A stretch of DNA of 64,000 nt from Thermoanaerobaculia bacterium (GTDB taxonomy: Bacteria > Acidobacteriota > Thermoanaerobaculia > UBA5066): positions 2,464,001 to 2,528,000 of the forward strand of contig CAVRAY010000001.1 in assembly GCA_963719225.1 (NCBI GenBank), written 5' to 3'. Below the pieces are notes generated by a model. That model had not been told where the DNA came from. It made no database searches and saw only the letters and a program-made list of their open reading frames with translations. The translations under genes and the position numbers were made by a program. Of this stretch, positions 13,271 to 24,574 are shown in pieces. Each line of letters opens with the position of its first letter. Positions within the stretch are counted from its first letter, which is position 1.

Positions 13271-13705
13271 GTGAAAGAGGAGCGCGTCATCGTCGTGGTC
13301 CCGAGGCTCAATCTCGACGGGGCGCCCCGCTCCGTCGGAGACCTCGTTTTCACGACCCGGCAGGTCTTCCTGGCGAAGAGGACCGGCGGCGCCGAACTGG
13401 AGCGCGCGTTCGACCTCACCGGGGGTGACCCGGCCGCGCCGCGCAGCCGGAAGTCGTCCACGCGCCTTCGCGCCCAGTCTCTCGACAAGATTCTCGCCGC
13501 CGCGGATCGCCGCACGCGTTTCGAGTATCGCGAGCTCGAGAGCATCGTGGTCAAAGTCGGCGGTCTCTTTTCTTCCCCCAGCGTGAGGCTCATCCCCCGC
13601 CACGGGAAGCGCGTCAAGCTCCTGGGCAAGAGGGCGGCTCTCGAGCTCCTCGCTTCGGCCATTCCCGACCTGACGGGCGCAGGAGCTCCGATCTCCCTGA
13701 CGTAG
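13271..13705 (+). CDS. Hypothetical protein
   Basis: GTG 13271 preceded by AAAGGGGG; fills the gap between the methyltransferase and convergent rarA. Confidence 0.6.
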   Translation: MKEERVIVVVPRLNLDGAPRSVGDLVFTTRQVFLAKRTGGAELERAFDLTGGDPAAPRSRKSSTRLRAQSLDKILAAADRRTRFEYRELESIVVKVGGLFSSPSVRLIPRHGKRVKLLGKRAALELLASAIPDLTGAGAPISLT

Positions 13706-13780
13706 CGGGCGATCTCTAGTTCGGGAGAAACACAGCCCCGGTGGGTACCGAGAGTGACGCGACAGCTGCGAGCGCCAGAA

Positions 13781-15238
13781 TCATTCTTTCTCTCTCTTCC
13801 TCTTCAGCCTCTCGCGCAGCGCGCGTACCGCTTCCGCCCGCGCCTTGAGCTCCTTCTCCGCTCCCTCGCCCGACGGGCGGTAGTAATTCCGCCCCTGCAG
13901 CGCGTCGGGAAGACACGAGAGTCCCGCCGTCTTCTCGGCCAGGTCGTGCGCGTAGCGGTAGCCCGACCCGTAGCCCACGGCTTTCATGAGCTTCGTCGGC
14001 GCGTTGCGGATCGCGAGGGGAGGCGGCTCGTTCGGACGCTCGTGCACGTCGGCCACGGCCTCCCCGTACGCCGTGTAAAGCGCGTTCGACTTCGGCGCCA
14101 GCGCCAGATGCACCGCGATCTCGGCGAGCGCGAGCGCGCCCTCGGGCATGCCGATGAAGTGAACCGCCTCCTTGGCCGCCATCGCGAGCGCCAGCGAGGA
14201 CGGGTCGGCGAGGCCCACGTCCTCCGAGGCGAAGCGCACGAGGCGGCGGGCGACGTAGAGGGGATCCTCCCCCGCCTCGAGCATTCGGGCGAGCCAGTAG
14301 AGCGACGCGTCGACGTCCGAGTCGCGGAGCGACTTGTGGAGCGCGGAGATGAGATTGAAGTGCTCCTCGCCGGACTTGTCGTACAGCAGGACTTTCCGCT
14401 TGAAGAGATCCTCGAGGACGGAGACGGTGAGACGCGGGGGGACGTCCGAAGAGACAGAGGGATTTTCTCTTGAAAGGGAAAGAGGGGCGGCGGAAGCGGC
14501 GGAGTGCGCCGAGGCGCGCCCGTCGGAAATGAGCTGCATCGCAGCCGCCTCGAGGCCCGTCAAGGCTCGTCGCGCGTCGCCGTCGGCAAAGCGTCCTAAC
14601 CATTCGAAGGAATCTTCATCGACCTTGACGCTGCTCCCGAGCCCCCTCGTGGGGTCGGCCAGCGCCCTCTTCATCAGAAGAATCAAACCCTCTTCTTTCA
14701 AAGGCGGCAGGATGACGACGCGCAGTCGGGAGAGCAGGGCGCCGTTGAGCTCGAACGAGGGATTCTCGGTCGTCGCGCCGACGAGCACGATGTCTCCGGC
14801 CTCGACGAACGGCAGGAACGCATCCTGCTGCGCGCGGTTGAAGCGGTGGATCTCGTCCACGAAGAGCAGCGTGCGGCGGCCGCGGCGCTTGGCGCGGGCC
14901 GCCTCCTCCATCACGTTCCGGATCTCCTTGATGCCCGAGACGACGGCCGAAAAGCCGATGAACCGTGCCTGCGTCTTCGCCGCGATGATCCGCGCGAGCG
15001 TGGTCTTTCCGCTCCCGGGAGGACCCCAAAAGACGAGCGAGGGGACCTTGTCGGCCGCGAGCGCCTTCGCGAGAAAAGAATCCGGACCGACGAGGTCGGG
15101 CGGTCCTTCAACCTCGGAGAGGTCGCGGGGCCGCATCCGCTCGGCGAGCGGGGCGTCCCCCGAGACCGTCTTCTCGGCGGCGGGCCAGCCTTCGGCCGGG
15201 CGCTCGTCCTCGAAGAGGTCGCCCGGCGACGAGGTCAC
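13781..15238 (-). CDS. rarA: Replication-associated recombination protein A (RarA/MgsA)
   Basis: PLAERMRP, WGPPGSGKTT, DEIHRFN, GATTENPSF, ISALHKSLRDSD. Confidence 0.96.
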   Translation of the reverse strand: MTSSPGDLFEDERPAEGWPAAEKTVSGDAPLAERMRPRDLSEVEGPPDLVGPDSFLAKALAADKVPSLVFWGPPGSGKTTLARIIAAKTQARFIGFSAVVSGIKEIRNVMEEAARAKRRGRRTLLFVDEIHRFNRAQQDAFLPFVEAGDIVLVGATTENPSFELNGALLSRLRVVILPPLKEEGLILLMKRALADPTRGLGSSVKVDEDSFEWLGRFADGDARRALTGLEAAAMQLISDGRASAHSAASAAPLSLSRENPSVSSDVPPRLTVSVLEDLFKRKVLLYDKSGEEHFNLISALHKSLRDSDVDASLYWLARMLEAGEDPLYVARRLVRFASEDVGLADPSSLALAMAAKEAVHFIGMPEGALALAEIAVHLALAPKSNALYTAYGEAVADVHERPNEPPPLAIRNAPTKLMKAVGYGSGYRYAHDLAEKTAGLSCLPDALQGRNYYRPSGEGAEKELKARAEAVRALRERLKRKREKE

Positions 15239-15975
15239 GCCCCCGGGCGTCCCTTTGCCCTCTGCTCGATCTCGCTCGTGAGGCGGTCGAGAGCGGGGAT
15301 CTCGGGATGATCCTTCTTGAGCTTCTTCAGGATCTCGAGCGCTTTTTTGGGGTCGCTCTTGTCGATGCCGTAGACGATCGCGAGATTGAACTGCGCCGGC
15401 CAGTGGTTCGGGTCGCGCGCCGACGCCTGCGTGAACATCGCGAGCGCCTTGTCGACGTTGCCGAGATTCCGATACGCGACCCCGAGATCGGTGAGGACGT
15501 TGGGGTCCGCCTCTCGCAGCTTGAGCGCTCTCTCGTACGCGTCGATCGCTTTCTTCCAGTCCTCCACGTCGTACGCCGTATTCCCGAGCTGGACGAGGAG
15601 GTCCGCGTTCTTCGGCTCCTTCGCCACGGCCGCCTCGAGGTCGCTCAGCTTCTGCCGGACGACCGGATCCGCCGCCAGTGAGGGCTGTCCCCCGCCGCTG
15701 CCCGGCAGATCGCGCGTCGCGCCGGGTCCGACGCCGGTGAGCCCCGCATGCGGGTCGGCGAGCGAAGCTTGCGGAACCGACGACGGATTCTTGTCCAGGT
15801 ACAGGTAGGCGGCGGTGAAGCCCGCGAGAAGGCCGATCGCGAGGAACAGGCCCCGGTCCCCCCAGGGGGAAGTACGGGGCGCCGAGGTCTTCGCCGCGCG
15901 GGCCTTCTTCTCCCGAGCGGCCTTGCCGGCCGGAGCCGGGGGGGGGAGGTGGTCATCCAACTCTTCGGCCGTCAT
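15235..15975 (-). CDS. Membrane-anchored TPR protein
   Basis: N-terminal TM segment, TPR repeats (LVQLGNTAYD...AIDAYERAL, LTDLGVAYRNLG). Confidence 0.85.
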   Translation of the reverse strand: MTAEELDDHLPPPAPAGKAAREKKARAAKTSAPRTSPWGDRGLFLAIGLLAGFTAAYLYLDKNPSSVPQASLADPHAGLTGVGPGATRDLPGSGGGQPSLAADPVVRQKLSDLEAAVAKEPKNADLLVQLGNTAYDVEDWKKAIDAYERALKLREADPNVLTDLGVAYRNLGNVDKALAMFTQASARDPNHWPAQFNLAIVYGIDKSDPKKALEILKKLKKDHPEIPALDRLTSEIEQRAKGRPGA

Positions 15976-16754
15976 CTCGATTCACTCTCCTCGTCACGCA
16001 CCGGCGCCGCCGACCATGTGCCCGCTACGGGCCCCGACACCGGAGCGGGCGCGATCTGCGTCCCGTCCCAGGTGCCCGCGAGGCGACGCGTGGGTCCCAT
16101 CGTCAAACGGCCGTAGAACTTGGCATCAAGTCCGCGTTCGGAGTCGATCCGCTCGAGCATGACGCGGTCGCCCACGAACGTGCCTCTCAGGGAACCACGA
16201 AAACCGCCGTCGAGAACATAGTCTCCCGAGAGGATTGTGCCGTCCAGCGAGAGGCGGTAGAAGCCGCGCCGCGCTCCCGGGTTGATGAACACCTCCCAGC
16301 GGCCCGTGAGAGGGTCGGAAAGAACGCCTCGCAGGGCCTCGCGGCGGCGAGCGATCTCCTCCCGGAACGCGGCGAGCCGGCGAACGCGCTCGGCGAGCCG
16401 CTCGGAAACGGCGCGGCGCCGGTCCTGGCTGGCCTCCATGCGCGCCCGCGCGTCGGCCGCGGCCTGTTCGGCCTGCTCGAGGGCCGTGCGGTCGAGCAAG
16501 CCTTCGCGGGCGAGCCGGGCGATCTGATTGAGGGCCGTGTTGAGGTCGTGATCCGCGCGCGATGCCTGCCCCGAGATCCGGTCGAAGTCCTCGAGGTCCT
16601 CCGTGACACGCCGCTTTTCCATGTCGACCGACGCCAGGAGGACGTCGAGAACGCCATCACCCGTCCGGGTCGGGGAGGTCGCGGCGGCCGCCGGCAGGAC
16701 GAGCGTCAGGAGAAGGCCAGCCGTGAGGCCGGCGAGCATCGGGCGCGAAGCCAT
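15972..16754 (-). CDS. Secreted hypothetical protein with coiled coil and C-terminal beta domain
   Basis: Signal peptide, heptad-rich middle region; ATGA overlap with the next gene. Confidence 0.75.
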   Translation of the reverse strand: MASRPMLAGLTAGLLLTLVLPAAAATSPTRTGDGVLDVLLASVDMEKRRVTEDLEDFDRISGQASRADHDLNTALNQIARLAREGLLDRTALEQAEQAAADARARMEASQDRRRAVSERLAERVRRLAAFREEIARRREALRGVLSDPLTGRWEVFINPGARRGFYRLSLDGTILSGDYVLDGGFRGSLRGTFVGDRVMLERIDSERGLDAKFYGRLTMGPTRRLAGTWDGTQIAPAPVSGPVAGTWSAAPVRDEESESR

Positions 16755-16779
16755 CTCGCCACTATACGGAAGTGGAAGG

Positions 16780-17316
16780 TCAGTGGTCGCGGTGGTTCCC
16801 GGCCACGGCCGAGACGGGACGCCGCTTGAGAATCGCCCGGTCGAGAGCCTTCTCGACCTCGGTCGCGACCTCGCCCTCCGGCAGCCCGTTGATCTGCGCG
16901 ATCTCCGAGACGATCAGATAGCGGGCCCGCTCGTACATCTTCTTCTCGCGGAACGAGAGGGCCTTCTGCTTCTGCACCCAGGTCAGGTTCTTGAGGACGT
17001 CCGCGATGTCCGTGAGGCGGCCGGACCGCATCTTGTCGAGGTTCTGCTTGTACCGGCCTTTCCAGTCACCGCTGGGCGGGAGGGTCGCGTTCTCGAGGAC
17101 GCGGAACACCGAGCCGACGTCCTTGCGGCGGGTGAGAGGACGAAGGCCGATCCGGTCCGAGTTCCCGACCGGCACCATCACGCGCGAGTTGTTTCCGATG
17201 AGACGCAGCTGATAGCAGGGCGCCGGCGAGCCTTCGAGGAGGGATTCCTGAATCGTCTCCACGACCCCGACGCCGTGGTTCGGATAGACAAGCCTGTCGC
17301 CGATCTTGAAAGCCAC
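16780..17316 (-). CDS. carD: CarD/CdnL family RNA polymerase-binding regulator
   Basis: FKIGDRLVYPNHGVG, DWKGRY, LSFREKKM; AAGGAGG RBS. Confidence 0.93.
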   Translation of the reverse strand: MAFKIGDRLVYPNHGVGVVETIQESLLEGSPAPCYQLRLIGNNSRVMVPVGNSDRIGLRPLTRRKDVGSVFRVLENATLPPSGDWKGRYKQNLDKMRSGRLTDIADVLKNLTWVQKQKALSFREKKMYERARYLIVSEIAQINGLPEGEVATEVEKALDRAILKRRPVSAVAGNHRDH

Positions 17317-17346
17317 GGCATCGCCTCCTTCGGGAAAGGGAATAGG

Positions 17347-17375
17347 AGCCTACTCCCCCACCCCTCACCCGTCAA
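17347..17375 (-). promoter_or_regulatory. Sigma-70-type promoter of carD
   Basis: TTGACG-N17-TAGGCT on the minus strand. Confidence 0.65.
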
Positions 17376-17446
17376 TGGAGTTTGACGATAAGAGCGCGCG
17401 GATCGTCGGAAAGTGAACGTTTCCGGTTCAGTCTGAAGGCGGTCGC

Positions 17447-18568
17447 TCATTTCCCCGGCGCCGCGCCTTGTAGAACGGCGTCCACGACGGCCTCGCCCTC
17501 CTTACCGTCGGTTTCGCGGAGCGCCCGGTGGTCCTCGACCGCGTCCGGGTCGAGGTAATCGTCGAGCCAGTGCTTTTCGAAGACGGGATACGCCGCCACG
17601 ATCGGCAGCGCCAGAACGGCTCCGATGACGCCACCGATGGTTCCGCCCGCGAGAATCGCGAGAAGAACCGTCAGCGTCGAAAGCTTCAGGCGGTTTCCAT
17701 ACAGTCGCGGAACGAGGATGTAGGCCTCGAAGAGGTGGTAGCAGACGTAGATGCCGAAGACCATCAGCGCGACCGAGGGGCTGACCGCGAGCGCGCAGAG
17801 AGATGCCGCCGCCGTCGCCACCGAGATTCCCGCCACCGGGATGGCGTCGCACAGGCCGGCGAAAAGAGCGAGGGGAAGCGCGGCCGGGACGTGAAGAGCG
17901 GTCAGGACGGTGAACGTGAAGACCGAAAAGAGAGAGGAAGTGATCAGCTGGCCCGTCGTGAACGCCTGCACGACCTCGAACATCTCCGGAACCATGTCTC
18001 CCATCCGCCGCCGGTGGTCGCGTGGCACATACGCGAGGAGCCAGGCCACGACCTTTCTGCCGTCGAGGAGGAGATAAAGACTGAGCACGACCGCGATCAG
18101 GAGGCCCGCCAGCACCTCGAGTGCTTTCGGCCCCCACGCGAGGGGCCTGGAGAGCCACGCGTCGAACTCCGGAGAACGCGGCAGCTCGAGGAGCGGAAGG
18201 AGGATGCGCGAGGGCAGGCCGCCGTGTTCGAGCTGCTTCGCGAGCGAGCTCGAGAAGTGCGGCAGGTTCTTCCAGAGAGCCGAGAGCTGCTGAACGAGCG
18301 CCGGCAGGACGAAGAACGAAAAGGCCGCGACGACGACGACGATCGCGAGCGCCAGAAGGCTGACCGCATATCCGCGAGCCATCCTGCGCTTCTCCAGGCC
18401 ATCCACGATCGGGCTGAGCGCCACGGCGAGGAGAACCGAGACGAGGAAGATCTGGATCGACAGCAGGAGGCGCAAGACCGCCCAGCCGACTGCGACCGCG
18501 GCAAGGATCTTCACGAGCGTCGCCCACGGGAGGTGGAGCTCCTTCGACTGCCTTGCAAAGGTCTTCAT
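17447..18568 (-). CDS. AI-2E (UPF0118/PerM) family membrane protein
   Basis: Multi-TM; IPVAG, LFEAYILVPRLYG, GVIGAVLALP motifs. Confidence 0.88.
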   Translation of the reverse strand: MKTFARQSKELHLPWATLVKILAAVAVGWAVLRLLLSIQIFLVSVLLAVALSPIVDGLEKRRMARGYAVSLLALAIVVVVAAFSFFVLPALVQQLSALWKNLPHFSSSLAKQLEHGGLPSRILLPLLELPRSPEFDAWLSRPLAWGPKALEVLAGLLIAVVLSLYLLLDGRKVVAWLLAYVPRDHRRRMGDMVPEMFEVVQAFTTGQLITSSLFSVFTFTVLTALHVPAALPLALFAGLCDAIPVAGISVATAAASLCALAVSPSVALMVFGIYVCYHLFEAYILVPRLYGNRLKLSTLTVLLAILAGGTIGGVIGAVLALPIVAAYPVFEKHWLDDYLDPDAVEDHRALRETDGKEGEAVVDAVLQGAAPGK

Positions 18569-18579
18569 CACCGCGAAAG

Positions 18580-18595
18580 TGCACGTGGTGTGCCA
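18580..18595 (-). promoter_or_regulatory. Sigma-54 -24/-12 promoter (AI-2E gene)
   Basis: TGGCAC-ACCAC-GTGCA (GG-N10-GC); the predicted +1 falls at about the start codon. Confidence 0.7.
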
Positions 18596-18638
18596 GCAAC
18601 CGACGGTCCGGTTTCACGCCTCGCCCGGTGACGCGCTC

Positions 18639-18654
18639 TGGCTCACTTCTTGCT
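18639..18654 (+). promoter_or_regulatory. Sigma-54 -24/-12 promoter (poly-HAMP kinase operon)
   Basis: TGGCTC-ACTTC-TTGCT. Confidence 0.65.
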
Positions 18655-18835
18655 CGCTTGCGTGCGCCCGCAACCAAGGGAAAAGCCTATTCAATCTCGA
18701 AACGCGCGAACGAACCAAAACGAAGAGCTAATGGCTTCCCGTCCAAGGATTTACTGCGTTTGGAAGACGAGCGCTTGAGCTGCCGAGAGGAAGTCGGGTT
18801 GTAAAAAAGCCAACGCGCGAACAGGGAGGAAGAGG

Positions 18836-21800
18836 ATGCGCAACGGACGCGTGGAATCTTCGGCAAGCGGCTTGGGAGACGGCAGTCAGATCGCCAGGTC
18901 CGGACTCGAGAAGAAGGCGCTCCTCTCGGCGCTGACGCGCTTCAAACGCGGGGATTTCTCGGTGCGGCTTCCCTCCGACGAGACGGGCGTCGACGGCAAG
19001 ATCGCCGACACCTTCAACGAAGTCGTCGAGCTCAACGAGCGGATGGCAGCCGAGCTCGAACGCCTGAGCCAGGTCGTGGGAAAGGAAGGCCGCATCACGC
19101 AGCGCGCGTCGCTCGGCGACGTGCGGGGGGCGTGGGCGGCGTCGCTCGAATCGGTGAACGCCCTCATCACGGACCTCGTCGATCCCACCACCGAGACGGC
19201 CCGGGTCATCGGAGCGGTCGCCAAGGGCGATCTCTCCCAGAAGATGGAGGTGGAGAGCGAAGGGCGGCCCCTCAAGGGCGAGTTCCTGCGCACCGCGCGC
19301 ACCGTGAACACGATGGTCGACCAGCTCGCGTCGTTCGCGTCGGAGGTCACGCGCGTGGCCCGCGAGGTCGGGACCGAGGGAAAGCTCGGGGGGCAGGCCA
19401 AGGTCCGCGGCGTCGCCGGCACGTGGAAGGACCTCACGGACGGCGTCAACCTCATGGCGGGCAACCTCACGGCGCAGGTCCGGAACATCGCGACCGTCAC
19501 GACCGCGGTCGCGAACGGGGACCTCACGAAGAAGATCACCGTGGACGTCGCCGGCGAGATCCTGGAGCTGAAGGACACGATCAACAAGATGGTCGATCAG
19601 CTCCGTTCCTTCGCTTCCGAGGTGACCCGGGTCGCGCGCGAAGTCGGCACGGAAGGAAAGCTGGGCGGGCAGGCGGACGTGCGCGGTGTCGCGGGCACGT
19701 GGAAGGACCTGACCGATTCCGTGAACTCCATGGCCGGCAACCTGACGGGACAGGTGCGCAACATCGCCGCGGTCACGACGGCGGTCGCGAACGGCGACCT
19801 CTCCAAGAAAGTCACGGTCGACGTCAAGGGCGAGATCCTCGAGCTGAAGGACACGATCAACACGATGGTCGACCAGCTCTCGTCCTTCGCCGCCGAGGTC
19901 ACGCGCGTCGCGCGCGAGGTCGGCACGGAGGGAAAGCTCGGCGGCCAGGCCGACGTCCGGGGCGTCGCCGGAACGTGGAAGGACCTCACCGACTCCGTCA
20001 ACTCCATGGCCGGAAACCTGACGGCCCAGGTGCGCAACATTGCGGCCGTCACGACGGCCGTCGCGAAAGGCGACCTTTCCAAGAAGATCACCGTCGACGT
20101 GCGCGGCGAGATCCTCGAGCTCAAGGACACGATCAACACGATGGTCGACCAGCTCTCGTCCTTCGCCGCCGAGGTCACGCGCGTCGCGCGCGAGGTCGGC
20201 ACCGAGGGAAAGCTCGGCGGCCAGGCCGACGTCCGGGGCGTCGCCGGAACGTGGAAGGACCTCACCGACTCCGTCAACTCCATGGCCGGAAACCTGACAG
20301 CCCAGGTGCGCAACATCGCGGCCGTCACGACGGCCGTCGCGAACGGGGACCTCTCGAAAAAGATCACCGTCGACGTGCGCGGCGAGATCCTCGAGCTCAA
20401 GGACACGATCAACACGATGGTCGACCAGCTGCGCTCCTTCGCTTCGGAGGTCACGCGCGTCGCGCGCGAGGTGGGCACCGAGGGCAAGCTCGGCGGCCAG
20501 GCCGACGTCCGGGGCGTCGCCGGAACGTGGAAGGACCTCACGGATTCGGTCAACTCCATGGCGGGCAACCTCACGGGCCAGGTACGGAACATCGCGGCCG
20601 TCACGACGGCCGTCGCGAACGGTGACCTCTCGAAAAAGATCACGGTCGACGTGCGCGGCGAGATCCTCGAGCTCAAGGACACGATCAACACGATGGTCGA
20701 CCAGCTCTCGTCCTTTGCTGCCGAGGTCACGCGCGTCGCGCGCGAGGTCGGCACGGAGGGCAAGCTCGGCGGCCAGGCCGAGGTCCGCGGCGTCGCCGGC
20801 ACGTGGAAGGACCTCACCGACTCCGTGAACTCGATGGCCGGCAACCTCACGGGGCAGGTCCGGAACATCGCCGCCGTCACGACGGCCGTCGCGAACGGGG
20901 ACCTCTCCAAGAAGATCACGGTCGACGTCCGGGGCGAGATCCTGGAGCTCAAGGACACGATCAACACGATGGTCGACCAGCTGCGCTCCTTCGCTTCGGA
21001 GGTCACGCGCGTCGCGCGCGAAGTCGGCACGGAGGGCAAGCTGGGCGGGCAGGCCCGGGTGGAGGGCGTTTCCGGGACGTGGAAAGACCTGACCGACAAC
21101 GTGAACTCCATGGCGGGCAACCTCACGAGCCAGGTGCGCAACATCGCCGCAGTGACGACGGCCGTCGCGAAGGGAGACCTGTCGAAGAAGATCACGGTCG
21201 ACGTCGAGGGCGAGATCCTGGAGCTGAAGAACACCGTCAACACGATGGTCGACCAGCTCTCCTCGTTCGCGGCCGAGGTCACGCGCGTCGCGCGCGAAGT
21301 CGGCACGGAAGGGAACCTCGGCGGACAGGCGTACGTGCTCGGAGTCTCGGGGACCTGGAAGGACCTGACGGACAACGTGAACTCCATGGCGGGCAACCTC
21401 ACGAGCCAGGTGCGTGGCATCGCGAAGGTCGTCACGGCGGTCGCGAACGGGGACCTGAAGCAGAAGCTGACCGTCGACGCGAAGGGAGAGATCGCAGCGC
21501 TCGCCGACACGATCAACGGGATGATCGAGACGCTCGCCACGTTCGCGGACCAGGTCACGGGCGTCGCGCGCGAGGTCGGCGTCGAAGGAAAGCTCGGCGG
21601 ACAGGCCAGCGTGCCGGGCGCCGCGGGGACCTGGAAGGACCTGACGGACAACGTGAACCGGCTCGCGGCGAATCTCACGACCCAGGTGCGCGCGATCGCG
21701 AAGGTCGCGACCGCCGTCACGAAGGGCGACCTGACGCGCTCCATCCAGGTCGAAGCCCAGGGAGAGGTCGCCGCGCTCAAGGACAACATCAACGAGATGA

Positions 21801-24574
21801 TCCGGAACCTCAAGGACACGACGCTCAAGAACAGCGAGCAGGACTGGCTGAAGACGAACCTCGCGAAGTTCAGCCGCATGCTCCAGGGCCAGCGCGACAT
21901 CCTTGCGGTCGGACAGTTGATTCTCTCGGAGCTCGTGCCGGTCGTCTCGGCGCAGCAGGCCGTGTTCTACACGCTGGACAAGGGCGAGTCCGGCCCCGAG
22001 CTCCGCCTCCTCGCGGGGTATGCGACCTCCGAGAGGAAGCGCGTCTTCCGCCTCGGGGAAGGCCTGATCGGACAGTGCGCGCGCGAGAACAGGAAAATCG
22101 TCCTCAAGGACGTCCCGAAGGAATACGCGCAGATCTCCTCGGGCCTCGGGGAGGCATCGCCACTGAACCTCATCGTGCTACCCGTCGTTTTCGAGGGCCA
22201 GGTCAAGGCCGTGCTCGAGCTCGCGTCCTTCGAGGCGTTCAATCCGACGCACGAGGCTTTTCTCGCAGAGCTCACGGAGTCGATCGGCATCGTCCTCAAC
22301 ACGATCCAGGCGAACACCCGGACGGAAGACCTCCTCGCCCAGAGCCAGTCCCTCGCCCGCGAGCTCCAGAGCCAGCAGGAAGTCCTTCAGCAGACGAACC
22401 AGGAGCTGGGAGAGAAGGCGGGACTTCTCGCCGAGCAGAACGCCGAAGTCGAGCGCAAGAACCACGAGGTCGAGCAGGCGCGCCAGGCCCTGGAGGAAAA
22501 GGCGAAGCAGCTCGCCCTGACGTCGAAGTACAAGTCGGAGTTCCTCGCGAACATGTCACACGAGCTCCGGACGCCCCTGAACAGCCTCCTGATCCTCTCC
22601 GACCAGCTCTCACAGAACCGGGACGGGAACCTCACGGAGAAGGAGACGGAGTTCGCCAAGACGATCCACTCGGCCGGAAACGATCTCCTGAACCTGATCA
22701 ACGACATCCTCGATCTCTCGAAGATCGAGTCCGGCACGGTCGTCATCGACGTCGGCGACGTTCGATTCGCGGACCTGCAGCAATACGTCGAGCGCACGTT
22801 CCGGCACGTGGCCGCGGCGAAGGGCCTGGACTTCCGGGTCCAGCTGGATTCCGCCCTGCCGCATTCCCTGAAGACGGATTCGAAGAGACTCCAGCAGGTC
22901 ATCAAGAACATGCTCTCGAACGCCTTCAAGTTCACGGAACGCGGAGAGGTGGTGCTGTCGGTCTCGCGGCCGGAGAGCGGGTGGGGACAGGATCACGAGA
23001 TCCTCGCCAAGGCCCGCGGCGTCCTCGCGATCTCGGTCCGCGACACGGGCATCGGCATCGCACCCGACAAGCAGCAGATCATCTTCGAGGCATTTCAGCA
23101 GGCCGACGGCTCGACGAGCCGCAAGTACGGCGGAACGGGCCTCGGCCTCGCGATCAGCCGCGAAATCGCCCGGCTCCTCGGCGGCGAGATCCGTCTCGTG
23201 AGCGTGCCGGGCGCGGGAAGCATGTTCACCCTGTACCTGCCGCAGTCGTACGTCCCGCCGAAGCAGGCGGCGCGTACGGACACGGAGCCCGCGGCGACGA
23301 CCGGCGTCGTCACTCTCATGTCCGAGCGCGACGCCGCGCGCGAGCCGGACCCGGTGGCCGCAACGCCTCTCGACGTCGCGGACGACCGCGAGACCATCCA
23401 GCCCGGCGACAGAGTCCTCCTCATCGTCGACAACGACGAGAACTTCGCGCGTTTCCTGCTCGACATGGCGCACGAGAACGGATTCAAGGCCGTCGTCACC
23501 GCTCGCGGAGCCGACGCCGTCTCGATCGCGCGGGAACGCGTTCCCGACGCCGTGACTCTCGACCTCCAGCTTCCCGACATGGACGGCTGGCGCGTCCTGG
23601 ACCGCCTCAAGAGCGACCTGTCGACCCGGCACATCCCGGTCTACGTCATCTCGACCCAGGACGACGCGGACCGGGGCGTCATCCTGGGGGCGCTCGGAGT
23701 TCTCAGGAAGCCCATCAAGAGCAAGACGATGCTGGACGCCGTCTTCGAGACGGTGAAGTCGTTCCTGACGAGGCCCGAGCGGGAAATCCTCCTCGTGGCG
23801 CGGGAAAGCGCTCTCGGCCCCCTGGCCACGTGTCTCGACGGAGTGCCATTGCGTGCCGTTCTGCCGGGGCCCGGAGCGCTCGGCGCGCTCGACGAGAAGC
23901 CGTACCGCTGCGTCCTCCTCGCGCCGGCCCTGGACGAGGAAGACTCGCTCGCGACGTCGGAGGAGCTCCTCCGCCTCAGCTCCTCACGATCGATCCCGGT
24001 GCTCGCGTGGCTTCCCGACTCCCCCTCGAGCGCCGAGGAAGACGCGATCCGCCGGCTCGGGCGGGCAGGTCCGTTCCGGCCGGTCTCGTCTCACGAGCGT
24101 CTCGTGGATCAATCGGCACTCTTCCTCCACCAGAGCCTGAGTCAGATCCCCGCCGAACGCCGTCACCTGATCGAAAGCCTCTATTCGAACGAGCGCGCAC
24201 TCGCCGGCCGTACCGTGCTCATCGTGGACGACGACATCCGCAACATCTTCGCGATGACGAGCGTCCTCGAGCGCCACGACATGCGGGTCATGGCCGCCGA
24301 GACGGGGCGCGCGGCGATCGCCACGCTGGAGACCACCGAGGGCATCGACATCGTGTTGATGGACATCATGATGCCCGACATGGACGGGTACGACACCTTG
24401 CGCGCGATCCGAAAGCTCCCGCGGTTCCGATCCCTGCCCATCATCGCGGTCACGGCCAAGGCGATGAAAGGGGACCGGGAGAAGACGCTCGAGGCGGGGG
24501 CGTGGGATTACCTCGCGAAACCCGTGGATGCGGACTACATGCTCTCGGTCCTTCGCGCATGGCTGCACCGCTGA
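18836..24574 (+). CDS. Cytoplasmic hybrid histidine kinase: poly-HAMP array, GAF, HisKA/HATPase, receiver domains (Nik1/OsaA-like)
   Basis: About ten 92-aa repeats; [14 protein letters not shown]; DTGIGI and GGTGLGL; two clear receivers plus a degenerate one between them. Confidence 0.95.
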   Translation: MRNGRVESSASGLGDGSQIARSGLEKKALLSALTRFKRGDFSVRLPSDETGVDGKIADTFNEVVELNERMAAELERLSQVVGKEGRITQRASLGDVRGAWAASLESVNALITDLVDPTTETARVIGAVAKGDLSQKMEVESEGRPLKGEFLRTARTVNTMVDQLASFASEVTRVAREVGTEGKLGGQAKVRGVAGTWKDLTDGVNLMAGNLTAQVRNIATVTTAVANGDLTKKITVDVAGEILELKDTINKMVDQLRSFASEVTRVAREVGTEGKLGGQADVRGVAGTWKDLTDSVNSMAGNLTGQVRNIAAVTTAVANGDLSKKVTVDVKGEILELKDTINTMVDQLSSFAAEVTRVAREVGTEGKLGGQADVRGVAGTWKDLTDSVNSMAGNLTAQVRNIAAVTTAVAKGDLSKKITVDVRGEILELKDTINTMVDQLSSFAAEVTRVAREVGTEGKLGGQADVRGVAGTWKDLTDSVNSMAGNLTAQVRNIAAVTTAVANGDLSKKITVDVRGEILELKDTINTMVDQLRSFASEVTRVAREVGTEGKLGGQADVRGVAGTWKDLTDSVNSMAGNLTGQVRNIAAVTTAVANGDLSKKITVDVRGEILELKDTINTMVDQLSSFAAEVTRVAREVGTEGKLGGQAEVRGVAGTWKDLTDSVNSMAGNLTGQVRNIAAVTTAVANGDLSKKITVDVRGEILELKDTINTMVDQLRSFASEVTRVAREVGTEGKLGGQARVEGVSGTWKDLTDNVNSMAGNLTSQVRNIAAVTTAVAKGDLSKKITVDVEGEILELKNTVNTMVDQLSSFAAEVTRVAREVGTEGNLGGQAYVLGVSGTWKDLTDNVNSMAGNLTSQVRGIAKVVTAVANGDLKQKLTVDAKGEIAALADTINGMIETLATFADQVTGVAREVGVEGKLGGQASVPGAAGTWKDLTDNVNRLAANLTTQVRAIAKVATAVTKGDLTRSIQVEAQGEVAALKDNINEMIRNLKDTTLKNSEQDWLKTNLAKFSRMLQGQRDILAVGQLILSELVPVVSAQQAVFYTLDKGESGPELRLLAGYATSERKRVFRLGEGLIGQCARENRKIVLKDVPKEYAQISSGLGEASPLNLIVLPVVFEGQVKAVLELASFEAFNPTHEAFLAELTESIGIVLNTIQANTRTEDLLAQSQSLARELQSQQEVLQQTNQELGEKAGLLAEQNAEVERKNHEVEQARQALEEKAKQLALTSKYKSEFLANMSHELRTPLNSLLILSDQLSQNRDGNLTEKETEFAKTIHSAGNDLLNLINDILDLSKIESGTVVIDVGDVRFADLQQYVERTFRHVAAAKGLDFRVQLDSALPHSLKTDSKRLQQVIKNMLSNAFKFTERGEVVLSVSRPESGWGQDHEILAKARGVLAISVRDTGIGIAPDKQQIIFEAFQQADGSTSRKYGGTGLGLAISREIARLLGGEIRLVSVPGAGSMFTLYLPQSYVPPKQAARTDTEPAATTGVVTLMSERDAAREPDPVAATPLDVADDRETIQPGDRVLLIVDNDENFARFLLDMAHENGFKAVVTARGADAVSIARERVPDAVTLDLQLPDMDGWRVLDRLKSDLSTRHIPVYVISTQDDADRGVILGALGVLRKPIKSKTMLDAVFETVKSFLTRPEREILLVARESALGPLATCLDGVPLRAVLPGPGALGALDEKPYRCVLLAPALDEEDSLATSEELLRLSSSRSIPVLAWLPDSPSSAEEDAIRRLGRAGPFRPVSSHERLVDQSALFLHQSLSQIPAERRHLIESLYSNERALAGRTVLIVDDDIRNIFAMTSVLERHDMRVMAAETGRAAIATLETTEGIDIVLMDIMMPDMDGYDTLRAIRKLPRFRSLPIIAVTAKAMKGDREKTLEAGAWDYLAKPVDADYMLSVLRAWLHR
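19060..21810 (+). repeat. Intragenic 276-bp tandem repeats encoding the HAMP array
   Basis: Nine canonical copies of [27 protein letters not shown] plus one degenerate N-terminal copy; boundaries approximate. Confidence 0.9.

Noticed and set aside
19060-21810. Regular DNA repeats considered as a CRISPR array or mobile repeat
   Set aside because: 276-bp in-frame coding HAMP units, no unique spacers, no cas genes
20803-24558. First part of the 2049-aa ORF 20803-26952
   Set aside because: R/G/H-rich off-frame reading of the HAMP kinase; only the part from about 24559 is a real kinase
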